Of a stretch of 64,000 nucleotides of DNA, positions 12,412 through 25,915 are shown piece by piece (positions within the stretch are counted from its first letter, which is position 1; each line of letters begins with the position of its first letter). The stretch comes from Mobula hypostoma (Eukaryota), in contig NC_086129.1 of NCBI RefSeq assembly GCF_963921235.1, positions 20,460,001-20,524,000 on the forward strand, read 5' to 3'. The notes below the pieces were generated by a model. That model saw only the letters and a program-made list of their open reading frames with translations. It did no database searches and was not told the origin of the DNA. The position numbers and the translations under genes were made by a program.

Positions 12412-15319
12412 GATGTATGATCTGTCTTTGATTTTCATGGGTGAAAAGCGCTAGGTTGGCCTTATTTCAGAGCATTGTGTAAGAAGACCATGAAATGTTT
12501 CTTCATGAAGAAGAAGGAAAGTGGAGCTAAAGGAAGGAAGAGACGAAAGTTGGAGGCGGAGGAAGCCAAGAAGTCGAGCAAGTTCTTCATGCCCTTCTTT
12601 GAAATGCCCAGAACAAGTAGTTCGACACATTCTATGGAGTCGCCTGCACCTGCTACAAGTTTGTTAGAATCCAAAGGTGGATCAAGTACAAATATATCAC
12701 AAGCCAAGGAGGAAGTCAAGTCAGGTAAATCCAAGTATGACGAGATTCAGAGTGAGGCTGCCACAGAGAACGCGGACAGGAGGGGAAGATGATGGTGGAG
12801 GTGGTGATGTTGAGTTTATTGACGAGATTTTACCTGACGAGATTGAACCTGACGACACTGAACCTAGTGAACTGAGTGGTGTCAAAGAGCCTCGAACTGT
12901 CATACCAGAAGTGATTGAACAGCGTGACATTGGACTTCTGAAGTTCGACAAGGATACTGGAAAAGCAATTCTGCCTGACGCGTTGAGAACAGAAATAATA
13001 AAGCTGGGTTCAAAGTATTTTCAGAACACTGAGGGGTCTTTCCTACCAACAAATAACCGCTCAATGAACAAAACTTGGTTCAGGAGGAAATTGGGAAATG
13101 GCCGTGGTGAGGAAGTGACTCGCTCATGGCTGGTCTATTCCCCTTCTAAAAAGTCTGCATGTTGTATCTGTTGTCTTCTCTATTCCCGGTCAGACCATCA
13201 ATCCTCATTGGAGCAGGAAAGTGGATTCAACCAGTGGAAAGCACCTGAAAGGATTAGAGTTCATGAAAATGCCAAGAATCATCGGGAATGCTTCACACAG
13301 TGGAAAGAAATGGAAAGAAATTTAGCTGGAAACAGGAGTTATTGACGCGGTATTTCAGTCACATATTGAGGAGGAAAAGCAGAAGTGGTGTGATATCTTG
13401 ACGAGAATCTTTCACTGCATAACATTCCTTGTGACTCAGAACCTGGTTTTGTGAGGACACAGGGAGTCACTTCAGCTAGACGATGACTCCAATGTGGGAA
13501 ATTTCCTTGGCTTACTGAAACTACTGGCCATCACTGAGCCTGTCATAAAAGAACACCTCACTCATTTGGAAAGTCATCCTGGATCCACGTCTTATCTTTC
13601 ACCGGGTGTCCAGAACGAATTCATTCACATGATGGCATCCACTGTTTGCCAGAGTTTACTGAAAAGCATTTGTAAAGCCAAGTACTATGGTCTCATGTTC
13701 GACTCGACCCCTGATCAGCCACACCGTGAGCAGATGTCAGAAGTAGTGAGGTATGTGGAAGTTGATTTTGAGAGGAAAGCAGTCCGTGTTAGAGAGCCCT
13801 TCCTTTGTTTTATCGAGATAAGCCAGAAGGATGCTGAGAGCTTGGTTGAAGACATCTTGAAACAGCTAGAGAAGGACGAAATGGAGCTACAAGATTGTTG
13901 GTCACAGTGCTATGATAATGCCGCTGTGATAGCTGGACACAGAGGTGGTGTTCATCAAAGAATAAGTGAGAAAAATAACCTGGCAGTGCTTGTGAATTGC
14001 GACAATCACTCACTCGACTTGGTGGGTGTACATGCAGCCAAGCAGGATACAATGATGGTCACGTTTTTTGGAACCATCAAAGCTCTCTACATGCTTTTCT
14101 CTCTTTCAACTCAGTGCTGGGAAAAACTCAAAAAAACTGTGTCTGTGGTTGGTAAGTCGGAGTCCGAAACCAGGTGGAGTACAAGGACAGAAGCAGTGAA
14201 GCCCGTCAAGTACCTTGAGGAGATACTTCAAGTTCTCCAGGACATGATAGACAATGAAAATAAGAACAGTGAAACAAGAAGTGATGCAAGGCCGCTGTAC
14301 AACCTCATGTTGAGTTACGATTTTCTGATTTTGCTAGGATTTTGGAACAAAGTACTCATTCGCATTGACCGTATTCGAAAGAGGCTGCAGGATCCTAGCA
14401 TGAACATCCATGATGCTGCCCTGAATTTGAAAGCCCTCCGAAATCATTTTTATGATGAAAGAGAAGTGCTGGCCAGTGAGTCACTCGAAGAAGGAGTCGG
14501 TCTCCGTCAAGAATGGAATATTGAAGTTGAAAGACGTCGGAGACAAAAGAAACGAATGGCTGATGAGAACTCGAGAGACGCTGGCTTAACAGCTAAGGAG
14601 GAAATGGAAAGAGTCATGAAGGGAACACTCGACCGTCTTCACAGAGAAATGGACGAAAGATTCACTCGTTTGCAGACACTGACGCCAAGTTTGGGTTCCT
14701 TCTCGATGTTGAGGACTGTGTTACGGCGCCGACAGTATCGACCTAAAGAAGTGCGAAAATTTGGGCGAATTGTACAGCTCTGATGTTGATGGACAGCAGC
14801 TATATGAAGAAATTTTGGATTGCAGAATGTTGCTATCAAGGCTGGTTAACATGAAAATATCAAGACCTGAAGAGCTTCTTGAACTTATGGTTCAGTATGG
14901 AGATGAGAGTGTCTTCCCCAATCTTCACATTGCTATTCAGATAATGCTAACCATCACAGTTTCCATCGCCAGCTGTGAGAGATCATTCAGCAAGTTAAAG
15001 CTAATACTTTTGCATTTGAAAGCCTCCACGGGTCAAGGCAGACTCTGTGATCTTGCTCTGCTGAGTGTAGAAAGAGAAGAAACTGAAAAAACTGACTTTG
15101 ATCACATCATAGACCAATTTGCATCAGTGAAAGCAAGGAAGGTGCAGTTATAATTTTCATGTAGTACCATAATTTATTAATTAAAAGATTAATGAGCTTG
15201 ACTTGTATTTTTGAGCTGATATTATGGTAAAGCTATATCAAAGATGGGTGTCAGATGTTTGGACAGGGGCGCAATTTCAGTGCTTGCCATAGGCGCTATT
15301 TTCTGTAGATACGCCCCTG
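12412..15319 (+). mobile_element. hAT DNA transposon (Tip100/ZMYM1-like transposase, disrupted); 3' TIR present, 5' TIR missing
   Basis: ORFs 12475-15153: RSWLVYSPSKKSACCICCLL (TTF-type Zn finger), GNFLGLL...YLSPGVQNEFI, DSTPD, CYDNAAV, ETRW and SIASCERSFSKLKLI (hATC dimerisation); end reads CAGGGGCGTATC on the minus strand. Confidence 0.92.
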
Positions 15320-16060
15320 GTAGTGCAAGGCAAGGGAGCTATGAGTTTGGTGGCAGTGAATGGGAGATCTCCAGAGTTGATGAAGTTAGTGATAGTGTTG
15401 GAGACTATGTTCTGATGGCGTGGTGTGGGGTCTTTTCAAGGGGTAAGCAAGAGGAAGTGTCCAAGAGCTGCCACCTGGCCTCATCAAAGTAGAGGTCAGT
15501 GCTCCACTCTACAACAGCACCCCCTATGCCTGTGGGTTTGATGATAAGGTTGGGATTGATGCAGAGAGAGTGAGGGGTGCAGTGTGATCAGGGGGAGTAA
15601 GATTTAAGGACGAAGAGGAGTACTGAAGTTGAGCCGGTTGATGTCTCATCGGCAATTAGAGATGAAAAGGTCCAGAGCAGGCACAGAACCAGAGTGGGAT
15701 GTCCAAGAAGAGGAGGATGGTTGGAGACAAGAAGAGGGGTCATTGGTATGGGGTGGGGAATTCTGGATAAGAAGTGGGCTTGGCGATGGAAGAAGAGATC
15801 AGCGTCGTAGTTGGCATGGAACTCACTGAAGTTCATGCGAAGGGGTGACAAAGGTATGGCCCTTGCTGAGGACAGAATGTTCTAACTCACAGAGGGGGAG
15901 GTTGGAGAGAATGGTGATGACATGGTAGAGATTAGAGCTCGGATAGAAGGGGGAAAGAGGGCTGGTGGTGTCAGAGGAGAGAGGATGTCTCCAGATTCTT
16001 AGACCGTGAATTTAGCCACTGTACCCCTAAAATATTCGCCACAGAGTTCCAGACCAGTTT
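15320..16060 (-). mobile_element. Degraded PLE, 5' continuation of 9994-11780
   Basis: Colinear with 39520-40200 of the near-complete PLE (gtagaggtcagt..., cccttgctgaggacaga). Confidence 0.8.
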
Positions 16061-17038
16061 CTTTCAGTAAACTCCTGCAAAGAGAGTGTGGTCTTTCTTC
16101 GGAGGTGAGGGTAACTTCCCAATGAGCACAAATTCTGAGGCCATGTAATTATTACCAGAAATAGGCTTGAGGGTCTTCTGTACAACACTAACCGAAACAA
16201 TATCAGTCAGCATGGGCTTGTCTGTTCAAACAATATTCTCAGTTTCACCTAGGAAATAACGAGCCAAAACAGGTCTTTTGTGATGGTCTGTCTCTGATGT
16301 CTATTAATTAAATTCAAAGCTGGGAATATAGAGAAAACCATCTAAAGGTAGAGTTAGATTCAGTAAAAGGTGGTGGGAGGAATTCTGCTTCTCATTCAGA
16401 GAATTGGTTTGGAAATTCAATGTAAAACGGTCAGCTTTGCAGATGATACCAGACAGAGAAATAAATTACAATTAGGGAAGGATTCTAGGAATTATAACAC
16501 GAGTTGAACAGGATTTGCAAATCTGCAAGATCACTGCTGATGAAATGTAATATATGTAATTATAAAATGTAACACATTGGAACAAGCACCCTGTGTAGAA
16601 ATACAAAGGATGAAACAAAGAGACTGTAGGAGTCTGAACAGACTCATTGCTAAAGACGTTGAACCAGAGTAGTCAAAAGAGCAGAATATAGTATATGGTT
16701 AAATCCGGTTCTAATCACTAAGATGTAAAGGTTTTTCATTACCCTGATTTCCCCTCTTGTACTTTCATTTAAAGTAATAATGCATGTTATTTTTTTCCTT
16801 TTTCATTAAGAACCTCATATACCATTATCAAGTTACTTTGTGAATCATAATTGTACTCTCTTAACTCCAAAAATACTCAACCTTATTACTTGAGATTATG
16901 ATGTGATGGCTAGGAGCAGGACAAAGGGAAGTAGCTTACAAACATGTGAGGCCAACATTAAAAAGTTATCATCATCACCAGAAGGACAAAAATTTGCTCT
17001 CATTAAGGAGAAAATAAATACTACAACAGGGAAAGGAT

Positions 17039-17447
17039 TAGAAACATAGAAACATAGAAAATAGGTGCAGGAGTAGGCCATTCGGCCCTTCGAGCCTGCA
17101 CCACCATTTATTATGATCATGGCTGATCATCCAACTCAGAACCCCGCCCCAGCCTTCCCTCCATACCCCCTGATCCCCGTAGCCACAAGGGCCATATCTA
17201 ACTCCCTCTTAAATATAGCCAATGAACTGGCCTCAACTGTTTCCTGTGGCAGAGAATTCCACAGATTCACCACTCTCTGTGTGAAGAAGTTTTTCCTAAT
17301 CTCGGTCCTAAAAGGCTTCCCCTCTGTCCTCAAACTGTGGCCCCTCGTTTTGGATTTCCCCAACATCAGGAACAATCTTCCTGCATCTAGCCTGTCCAAT
17401 CCCTTTAGAATCTTATACGTTTCAATCAGATCCCCCCTCAATCCTCA
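17039..17447 (-). mobile_element. Young CR1 LINE 3' end
   Basis: ORF 17136-17441 MRGDLIETYKILKGLDRLD...FFTQRVVNLWNSLP; (TTTCTATG)n tail. Confidence 0.92.
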
Positions 17448-19220
17448 TTGGAGGATGGGACATTAGAATCCCTCTGAAGAGATGAATTAAGAGGGGCTGA
17501 ATGGCTGCTGTCATCTCCAATTTGCTTTTGCTCTTGATTTCATTGATCTTGACTTCTGTAGGGCATCTTCCATTTCATTTTGTGCTCTGAGATAAGTACT
17601 ATCAAGCCATCTGCCCAATTAACTTCAAGCAACTTAATCCTGGTTATGATCAATTCATATGGAAGCATTTACTCCAGTGGAATTGTTCCGATGACATGTC
17701 TAACAATGACTACTGCACCTTGGCATCATTTCCAATATTACACAGCTGTAATGTATTTATTTATATCAGAGTCCTCAGCCTATCCTGACTTGTTCTTAAT
17801 TACTTTCCATCACCTGGCATTAATGAAATAATTTTCTTGCTTCCACTGCACCTGTTCACAATTCTTTATTCCACGTGTTTTGATATTTTAAATCAGATTT
17901 TTACTTTTCATCAGCCATATCTGATATTTGTCATCATTTCTTCAAGGACACTTATCATTTCTTATAAGATGCATCTTCCCTGTTAAATTGAGTAACCTTC
18001 AGCTACACATTATATTTTATGATTCAAAGAAATTTTAATAATAGCCTGTCCAATAATTATATTTCTTTTCTTCATCTCCAGTTCTTCTCGAAACTATTTT
18101 CAATTTGCTATGTCCCTCCCAATAAACTGAGATGCAAATATTGCAATGCACAGACTCCGTCAATTCAAGGTTAATATTGAACCACATTTCCCAGATTCTA
18201 AATGTTCAGAATAGCAACTGATAAATATGCATCTTTCACTTAATACATTTAGCATTTACACAGAGGCTTTTAAAAGCCCTTATTTCACGCACCAAAAGAG
18301 TTTCCTTATTACTAATCTGCTTTTCCTGCCCTGAAATGATTTAAGTTGTTTTTCAAGCAACACGAGCATTTCTGCATCCACAGTTACTCTGGAGTGCCCA
18401 AGAAATACAGACAACATGCCTCAGCAGTCTCATTAGTTTGCTTAATATGTCCCATTTGATTAAATCAATAATTCAGATTTTCTTTAATATTTGCTGTTGC
18501 CTAGTGGTTTCCTCTTTCTCCTCCTATCTGAATTTCACTTTAACCAAATTCCAAATGCCACTCTGTAGATTTGCACTGCTCTTTATGCACAGTTCACTTT
18601 TTGATTCACTAATTAATCAGTGAAACAAGTTGGTTCGGGAATTGACTCACTAGAAGATATCATAGCTCATCTTGTTTGCCTTCAACTACCTTGGGTGTTA
18701 GCTGTTAAGAAATTCTGGTAATCAATCTTCAACTTAACGGATCCAGACCCCAAGGGACATAAATTCCACTAGTAGAGAATTTTATGGACCACTTTCAAAA
18801 TCATCTGCCCCTCTTAATTATTCAAAATAACTCAAAAGGTTCTTGAATGAACCTGCACAACTCTAATCCTACCTCAACAACAGAACACTATGGACCACCT
18901 CTTGCACTACCATAGGTGTTTTCTGGTTGTGTTTTGTTTGGGCTAATGTCTTATTTTGCACAGTATTTTTCTTCACTGTCTGGTGTAATTTGAGTAGGAT
19001 TGGAAGAAGTTGAATCCTTGTGGGTTGAGTGAAGAAACTGCAAGGGTAAAAGGATCCTGAAGCAGTTACATACAGATATGCGAACAGCGCCTGGGATGTT
19101 GACAACAGATTACAACGGGAAATAGAAAGGGTGTGTCAAAAGGGCAATGTTATGATACTCATGGGAGATTTCAACATGCAGGTTGATTGGGAAAATTAAG
19201 TTGGTATGGATCTCAAGAGA

Positions 19221-20111
19221 ACGACACACATCAAAGTTGCTGGTGAACGCAGCAGGCCAGGCAGCATCTCTAGGAAGAGGTGCAGTCGACGTTTCGGGCC
19301 GAGACCCTTCGTCAGGACTGGATAAGTGCGGAGGGAGTGGAGAGCAGAACGTTCGGAAGGAGTAAGGTTGGAATGGGAACGAGGTGCAGTGAAGTCGAGA
19401 CGGTTGATGTCCCGTTGGCAGTTAGCAATAAAGAGATCCTGAGCAGACAGAAGACCAGAGCGGGGTGTCCATGAAGAGAAGGAGGGTTGAAGATGGGAGA
19501 AGGGGTCATCGGTGGGGGTGGAAGAATCCTTGCCAAAGAAGTAGGCTTGGAGACGGAGACGGCGGAAGGAGAGTTCCACGTCATGACGTACACGGAACTC
19601 ACTGAGGTATGGGCAAAGGAGGACAAAGGTGAGGCCCTTACTGAGGACAGAGCGTCCTGCCTCAGACAGTTGAAGGTCAGGGGGGATGGTAAAGACCCGG
19701 CACGGATGAGAGCTGGGATCAGAGGGGGGAGGGGGGAGGCTGGGGGTGTCAGTGGAGAGGGGAGGGTTGGAGTGAGAGGAAGATGGAGCCTCTGAGGGCC
19801 CAGGAGCTGACGGCGGGATCTGAGGGAGACGGGGTTGCAGAGTGGTGGTGGGGGAAGGGGAGACGGGAGTCACAACAGCAGCACATAAAGACCCGGCCTG
19901 GAGTTCAAGGCTGGAGTCGCAGTTGGTGGTTGCGCAATCGCTTTGAAGGTGTCCATGGTCGTTGCTGGAGTCCGGGTTTTGAATATACCCTGAGGTGTTG
20001 CAGCTGGCGAGATCAATGGCAGGGGCCGCAATCTGAAGTCCATGCCTGCTAGCGTCAGGGCCAGTAGGCTCTGGGGTCTGCAGATGTAAGATCTTGCGAT
20101 CTTTGCGATCT
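19221..20111 (-). mobile_element. Internally deleted PLE: N-terminal coding region fused directly to the hammerhead-bearing terminus
   Basis: ORF 19196-19873 is close to the N-terminus of ORF 38252-40294; TSD tcaagaga at 19213-19220 and 20112-20119. Confidence 0.9.
19283..19320 (-). ncRNA. Minimal type I hammerhead ribozyme (intact core)
   Basis: Minus strand reads CAGUC-CUGACGA-A-GGGUCUCGGCCC-GAAA-CG-UC-GACUG: stem I CAGUC/GACUG, conserved core, stem II, palindromic ACGU helix III and GUC cleavage triplet. Confidence 0.85.
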
Positions 20112-22824
20112 TCAAGAGAGTGAGTTTGCTGAATGCCTACAAGATGGCTTTTTAGAGTGCCTTGTCGCTGAGCCTACCAGGGGATCCGCTATACTGGATT
20201 GGGTGTTATGGAATGAACTGGAGGCAATCAGGGAGATTAAGGTAAAAGAACCCTAAGGGAACAGAGATCACAATATGATTGAGTTTAACTTGAAATTTGA
20301 TAGGAAGAAAGTAAAGTCTGAGCAGTATTTCAGTAGAGTAAGGGAAATTACAGTGGTATGAGACAGAAATTGGCCAAAGTAAGTTGGAAGGAGATGCTGC
20401 CAGGGATGACAGCAGAGCAGAAATGGCTTGAGTTTCTGCGAAAAATGAGGAAGGTGCAGGATAGATGTATTCCAAAAACTGAGAAATACTCAAATGGCAA
20501 AATAGTGCAACCATGGCTGACAAAGGAAGTCAAAGCTAATGTAAAAGCAAACGAGAGGGCATACAACAAAGCAAAAAATAGTTGGAAGACAGGGGACTGG
20601 GAAGCTTTTAAAAACCTACAGAAGGCAACTAAAAAAATCATTAGGAGGGAAAAGATGAAATATGAAAGCAAGCTAGCAAAAAATATCAAAGTGGAGAGTA
20701 AAAGCTTTTTCCAGTATGTAAACAAATAGAAGAGAGATGAGAGTGGATATAGGACTGCTAGAAAATGAGGCTGGACAAATAATAATAGGGGACAAGGAGA
20801 TGGCAGATGAACTAAATGAGTATTTTGCATCAGTCTTCACTGTGGAAGACACTAGCAGTGTATCAGATGTTGAAGAACGTGAGGGAAGAGACGTGAGTGC
20901 AGTTACTATTACAAAGGAGAAGGTGCTCAAAAAGCTGAAAGACCTAAGGGTACATAAGTCACTTGGACCAGAGGAACTGCACCCTACGGTTCCACTCTTT
21001 AAGAAAGGTGGAAGGCAGCAGAATGGAAATTATAGACCAGTTATCCTGACCTCAGTGGTTGGTAAGATGTTAGGGTCCATTGTTAAGGATGAGATTATGG
21101 AGTACTTGTTGACACAGACAAGATAGTACAAAGTTAGCAGGATTTCCTTAAGGAAAAATCTTGCCTGACGAAACTGTTGAAATTCTTTGAGGAGATTACA
21201 AGTAGGATAAAGGGGATGCAGTGGATGTTGTATATTTGAACTTTCAGAAGGCCTTTGACAGGGTGCCACACATGAGGCAGCTTACCAAGTTAAGAGCCCA
21301 TGGTATCACAAGAATGTTATTGGCATTGTAGAGCATTGACTGATTGGTAGGAGGCAGCAAGTGGAAATAAAAGGATCCTTTTCTGGTTGGCTGTCAGTGA
21401 GTAGTGGTGTTCCACGGGGATCGGTGTTGGGACTGCTTCTTTTTATGTTGTATATCAATGACTTAGATGATTGAATAGATGGCTTGTGTGCCAAGTTTGC
21501 AGATGATGCAGAAAATAGTGGATGGGCAGGTTGTGTTGAGGAATCAGGTAGGCTGCAGAAGGACTTAGACAGATTAGGGAAATGGGCAAGAGTGTGGCAA
21601 ATGAAATACAATTTTGGAAAATGCATGGTCATGCACTTTGGGAGTAGAAATAAATGTGCAAACAATTTTTGAAATGGGGAGAAAATCCAAAAATCTGAGA
21701 TGTAAGGGATCTTGGGAATCCTTGTGCAGAAGATCCTAAAGTTTAACTTGCAGGTAGAGTCAGTGGTGAGGAAGGCAAATTCAATGTTAGTATTTATTTC
21801 AAGAGGTCTAGAATACAAGAGCAAAGATATGACGCTGAGGCTTTATAAGGCACCGGTGAGGCCTCACCTTGAGTATTGTGAACAGTTTTGGGTTCCTCAT
21901 CTCCAAAAAGATGTGCTGGCATTGGAGAGGGTTCAGAAGGATGATTCCAGGAATGAAAGGGTTATCATAAAAGGAACGTTCGATAGCTCTGGGTATGTAT
22001 TCACTGGAATTTATAAGGATGAGGGGGGATCTTATTGAAACCTTTCAAATGTTGAAAGGCCTAGACAGAGTAGATGTGGAAAGGACGTTTCCATGGTGGG
22101 AGAGTCTAGGACAAGAGGGCACAGCCTCAGGGTAGAGGGACATCCATTTAAAACAGAGATGTGGAGAAATTTCTTCAGCCAGAGGGTGGTGAACTTGTGG
22201 AATTTATTACCTCAGGTAGCTGTGGAGGCCAGGTTGTTGGGTATATTTAAGGCAGAGCTTGATAGGTTCATGATTGGACACAGCATCAAAGGTTACAGGG
22301 AGGAGGCTGGGGAGTGGAGCTGAAGAGGGGAAAAAAAGGAACAGCCATGATTGAATGGCAGAGCAGACTTGACGGGCCAAATGACCTAATTCTGCTCCTA
22401 AGTTTTATGGTCCTATGTATAATTTATATTCTGTGTGGAGTCTGAAATTATGTGTCTGTGATACTGCAGCAAGCAAGTTTTTCATTGTGTCTGTACCTCA
22501 CTGCACTTGTGCATGACAACAAACTCAATTTGAAATGATATACTTGCCACAAGTAATGTCTTAAATTACCAATGTGTTGCACTCCAAAATGTTACAGGCA
22601 ACCTCCTATATATTCGGAATCAACTTCTCGGATGCAAATGAATTCTCTCATCCCTGTAAATGTATCATAACCAGATCTTGTCTCAAATGTATTGGGGTTA
22701 AACTTTCATCTCATTATCCAGACATAAAATAGGGAATGGAGAACAGACAATTAGTCAAACAAAAATAGCAAGTGTTTGAAATACCTACTAGGTAAGACAG
22801 CAACTGTGGAGAAAGAAGTAACAT

Positions 22825-23240
22825 TGGTGTAGTTAGTTAGATCTGCTACTTCACATCTCCAGTCATTCAGGTTCAGTCTTGAACTCTGGCGCTGCTTCCA
22901 TGGAACTTGCATGTTCTTCTCACAACTTTATAAGTTTCTGGTTTTCTCTCACACTCCAAACATGTGCAGGTTGGTATGCTAATTAACTACAATAAATTGC
23001 CTCCAGTGTGTAAGTCTTTGGTAGAATCTGTGGGGGGAGCTGATGAAAATTTGGAAGAATAAAATTGGATTAATATACTGTAAGTAGGTGGTTGATTGTC
23101 AACATGACCTTCATAGGGCAGGGGTTCCCAACCTGGGGGTCCACAGACATCCCCCCCCCCCCCAGTTAATGGTAGGGGTCCATGGCATAAAAAAGTTTCG
23201 GAACCCCTGTCTTAGGCCAAATGAATTGTTTCCATTCTGT
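22825..23240 (+). mobile_element. Degraded tRNA-derived V-SINE (HE1-like), interrupted by a MITE
   Basis: Box B-like caggttcagtctt followed by ttgcatgttcttc...ttctctcacactccaaa central domain. Confidence 0.55.
23119..23209. mobile_element. 91-bp hAT-Charlie MITE
   Basis: TIRs caggggttcccaac and gtttcggaacccctg; 8-bp TSD with central TA (tcataggg / tcttaggc). Confidence 0.85.
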
Positions 23241-23254
23241 ATGATCCTCATAGA

Positions 23255-25915
23255 GTTATTGACTACTACAGCAAGAAAAACAGGCCCTTTGGCCCATCTA
23301 GACCATGCTGACCTGATCTTCTGTCCCATCTACCTGCACCGGGACCATATCCCTCCAAATATCTTCCATCCATATACCTATCCAAGCTTTTCTTAAATAC
23401 CAAAGTGTGCTCGCATCATCTAACTTTTTCACTGGCAGCTCATTCTACACTCGCACTCCCCTCTAAGTGAAGAAGATCCCCTTCAGATTCTCCTTAAGTG
23501 TTGCAATTTTCACCCAAAACCTATGATGTTTAGTTCTTGTCTCACCCAACCTCAGTGGGAAAAGCCTGCATGCATTCATTGTAAATATACTCCTCATAAT
23601 TATGTAAATGGCCATAAGATCTCCCCTCATTTTCCTGTGCTCCAAGGAATAAGGTCCTAGCTTATTCAACCTTTTCCTGTAACTCAAGTCCCCAAGTCCC
23701 ACCAACATCCTTGTAAATTTTCTCAACATTTTTTCAATCTTATTGATATCCTTCCAATATATAGTTGACTAGAACTGCACACAATATTCCAAATTGGGCA
23801 ACACCAATGTCTTACATAATTTTAACATAACATCCCAACTCCTGTACTCAATACTTTGATTTATTAAGGCCAATGTGCCAAAAGCTCTCTTTATGACTCT
23901 CTCTACCTGTGACACCACTTTCAAGGAATTCTGGACCTGCATCCCTAGGTCCCTCTGTTCAACGGCACACCACAAAGCCCTGACATTCAGGTTGTGCTCC
24001 AAAAGTGCAGCATCTCACTCTGTATTAAATTCCATCCGGCATTTTTAAACTTATTTTTCCAGCTGGTCTCGATCCTGCTGTAAGCTTCAATAGCTTTCCT
24101 CACTGTCCACTACACCCCCAATCTTGATGTCATCCCCAAATTTGCTGATCTAGTTTACCTCATTTTAATCTAAATCATTAATATGGATGATAAACCACAA
24201 TGGACCCAGAATCAATCCCTGTGGAGCCTCGCTCGTCACAGGACTCCAATCAGAAAGACAACCATCTACTACCACTCTCTGGCTTCTCCCGTGAAGCTAA
24301 TGCTGAATTTGATTGACTGCTTCATCCTGAATGCCGAGGCTATTAAATGTTTGAACCAGACTCCCATGTCGGACTTGGTCAAAATTCCATGTAGACAATG
24401 TTCACTGCCTTCCCTTTGTCAGCCTTCATGGTAGCCTCCTCAAAAATCTCTATGAAATTGTTTAGCCATGGTAAAGACATATGGAAGGTCCCTAATCAGG
24501 CCCCGTCTATTTGAATACTTATAAATGCTTTCACCTATAATGCCTTCCAATAATTTACCCATTAATGATGTGAGGCTTACCAACCTATAATTTTCTGGCT
24601 TATTCTTAGAGCCTTTCTTATACTATAGAACTACATTAATTATCCTCTACTCCTCTAGCATCTCCCTTGTGACTAAGGACATTTTAAATATTGCTGCCAA
24701 TTCTGCACTAGCCTCCCACAAGGTCTGAAGGAACTCCTTGGCAGGCCATAGAGATTTATCCACCCTAACTTACCTCAAGGTAGCAAACATCTCCTCCTCT
24801 GTAATCTGGATACAGTCCTTGACTGCACTACCCTTTTGCCTTACTATTATTGTGTCCTTGTCTCTCTCCTGTGTAAATACGGATGCAAAAAAAAAATCAT
24901 TCAAGTTCTCTTCCATCTCTTTCGATTCCATGCAAAGATGATCACGCTGATTTTCAAGAGTTTCAATTTTGTCCCTTGCTATCCTTTTCACTCTTAACAC
25001 AGCTATGGAATACCTTGGGATTCTCCTTCATCTTGCCTGCCGAAGGAACCTCATATCTTCTTTTAACCCTCCTGATTTTGGTCATGTGCGCTGTCTTGCA
25101 TTTCCTATACTCGTCAAACACCTCATTTCTATATGCTGTTTATACCTGTTATACACCTCCTTCTACTTCTTTACCAGGGCCACACTATCCCTCAATAACC
25201 ACGGTGTCCTTAACCTGTTAGCCTTGATTTTATTCTAAAAGGAACTTTCAGATTCTGTGCTCTCAATATAGCATCTTTGAAAGCTTCTCGCTTAACAATC
25301 ATCTGTTTGTCAGAAACCACCCAATCCCAGTCCACACCTGCCAGATGTCTTGTGATGCTATTAAAATTGGTCTTCCTGCTACTTAGGACCTTAACCAGCA
25401 GACCAGTACTATTGTTATCCATAACTAGTGGAATTATGATCACTAGATACAAAGTGTTTCACCACACACACTTCTGTCACCTGCCCTGGCTCATTCCCTA
25501 AGAGGAGACGCAGTATCAAGTATTTTCTAGTTGGGACCTCCACATATTGATGAAGGAAACTTTCCTGAACACAATTGACAAGCACTATCCCATCCAATCC
25601 CTTACCAATATGGAAGTGCCAGTTAATATGTGGAAAGTTAAAATCACCTACTGTCACAGCCTTATATTTTTTGCACCTGTCTGCTAACTCTAGAGTAAAC
25701 CTAGAGGAAGACCTCAGCTTACATACATCAGAAGCATAGCTAGGTGGCTACACATCGAGGAAATGGAAGTCATCCAAAAAACGAAGGATAGATCTATATG
25801 GAAAACCATGGTCACCAAAGTCCGCATCGGATATGGTACCTAGACATTGTAACCAGACTGCTAACTCTACAAATTTATTCCTCTACATCCCAACTGACTA
25901 TTGGGTGATCTATAA
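23255..25915 (-). mobile_element. CR1 LINE ORF2 (EN-RT), degraded
   Basis: VGDFNFPHINW, FFASVFTQE, QRDLGMQV...RAFGTLA and RKMRGDL in ORFs 23463-25657. Confidence 0.88.
25693..25857 (+). mobile_element. RTE-clade LINE extreme 3' fragment inserted in CR1
   Basis: Translates KPRGRPQLTYIRSI...KDRSIWKTMV...GT*; 12-bp TSD ctgctaactcta at 25681-25692 and 25858-25869. Confidence 0.8.

Larger units (their letters stand above)
19040..22415 (+). mobile_element. CR1 LINE ORF2 (endonuclease end plus RT), disrupted, with a PLE inserted
   Basis: MGDFN, LNEYFASVFT, NYRPVILTSVVGK, KFADD, LYKAPVRPHLEYC and FFSQRVVNLWN across ORFs 20358-22323. Confidence 0.92.

Noticed and set aside
12475-15153. Domesticated ZMYM1-like host gene
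   Set aside because: Multiple stops and frameshifts plus a terminal inverted repeat indicate a dead transposon
17600-18650. AT-rich region possibly derived from an ancient L1-like element
   Set aside because: Too degraded to assign by eye
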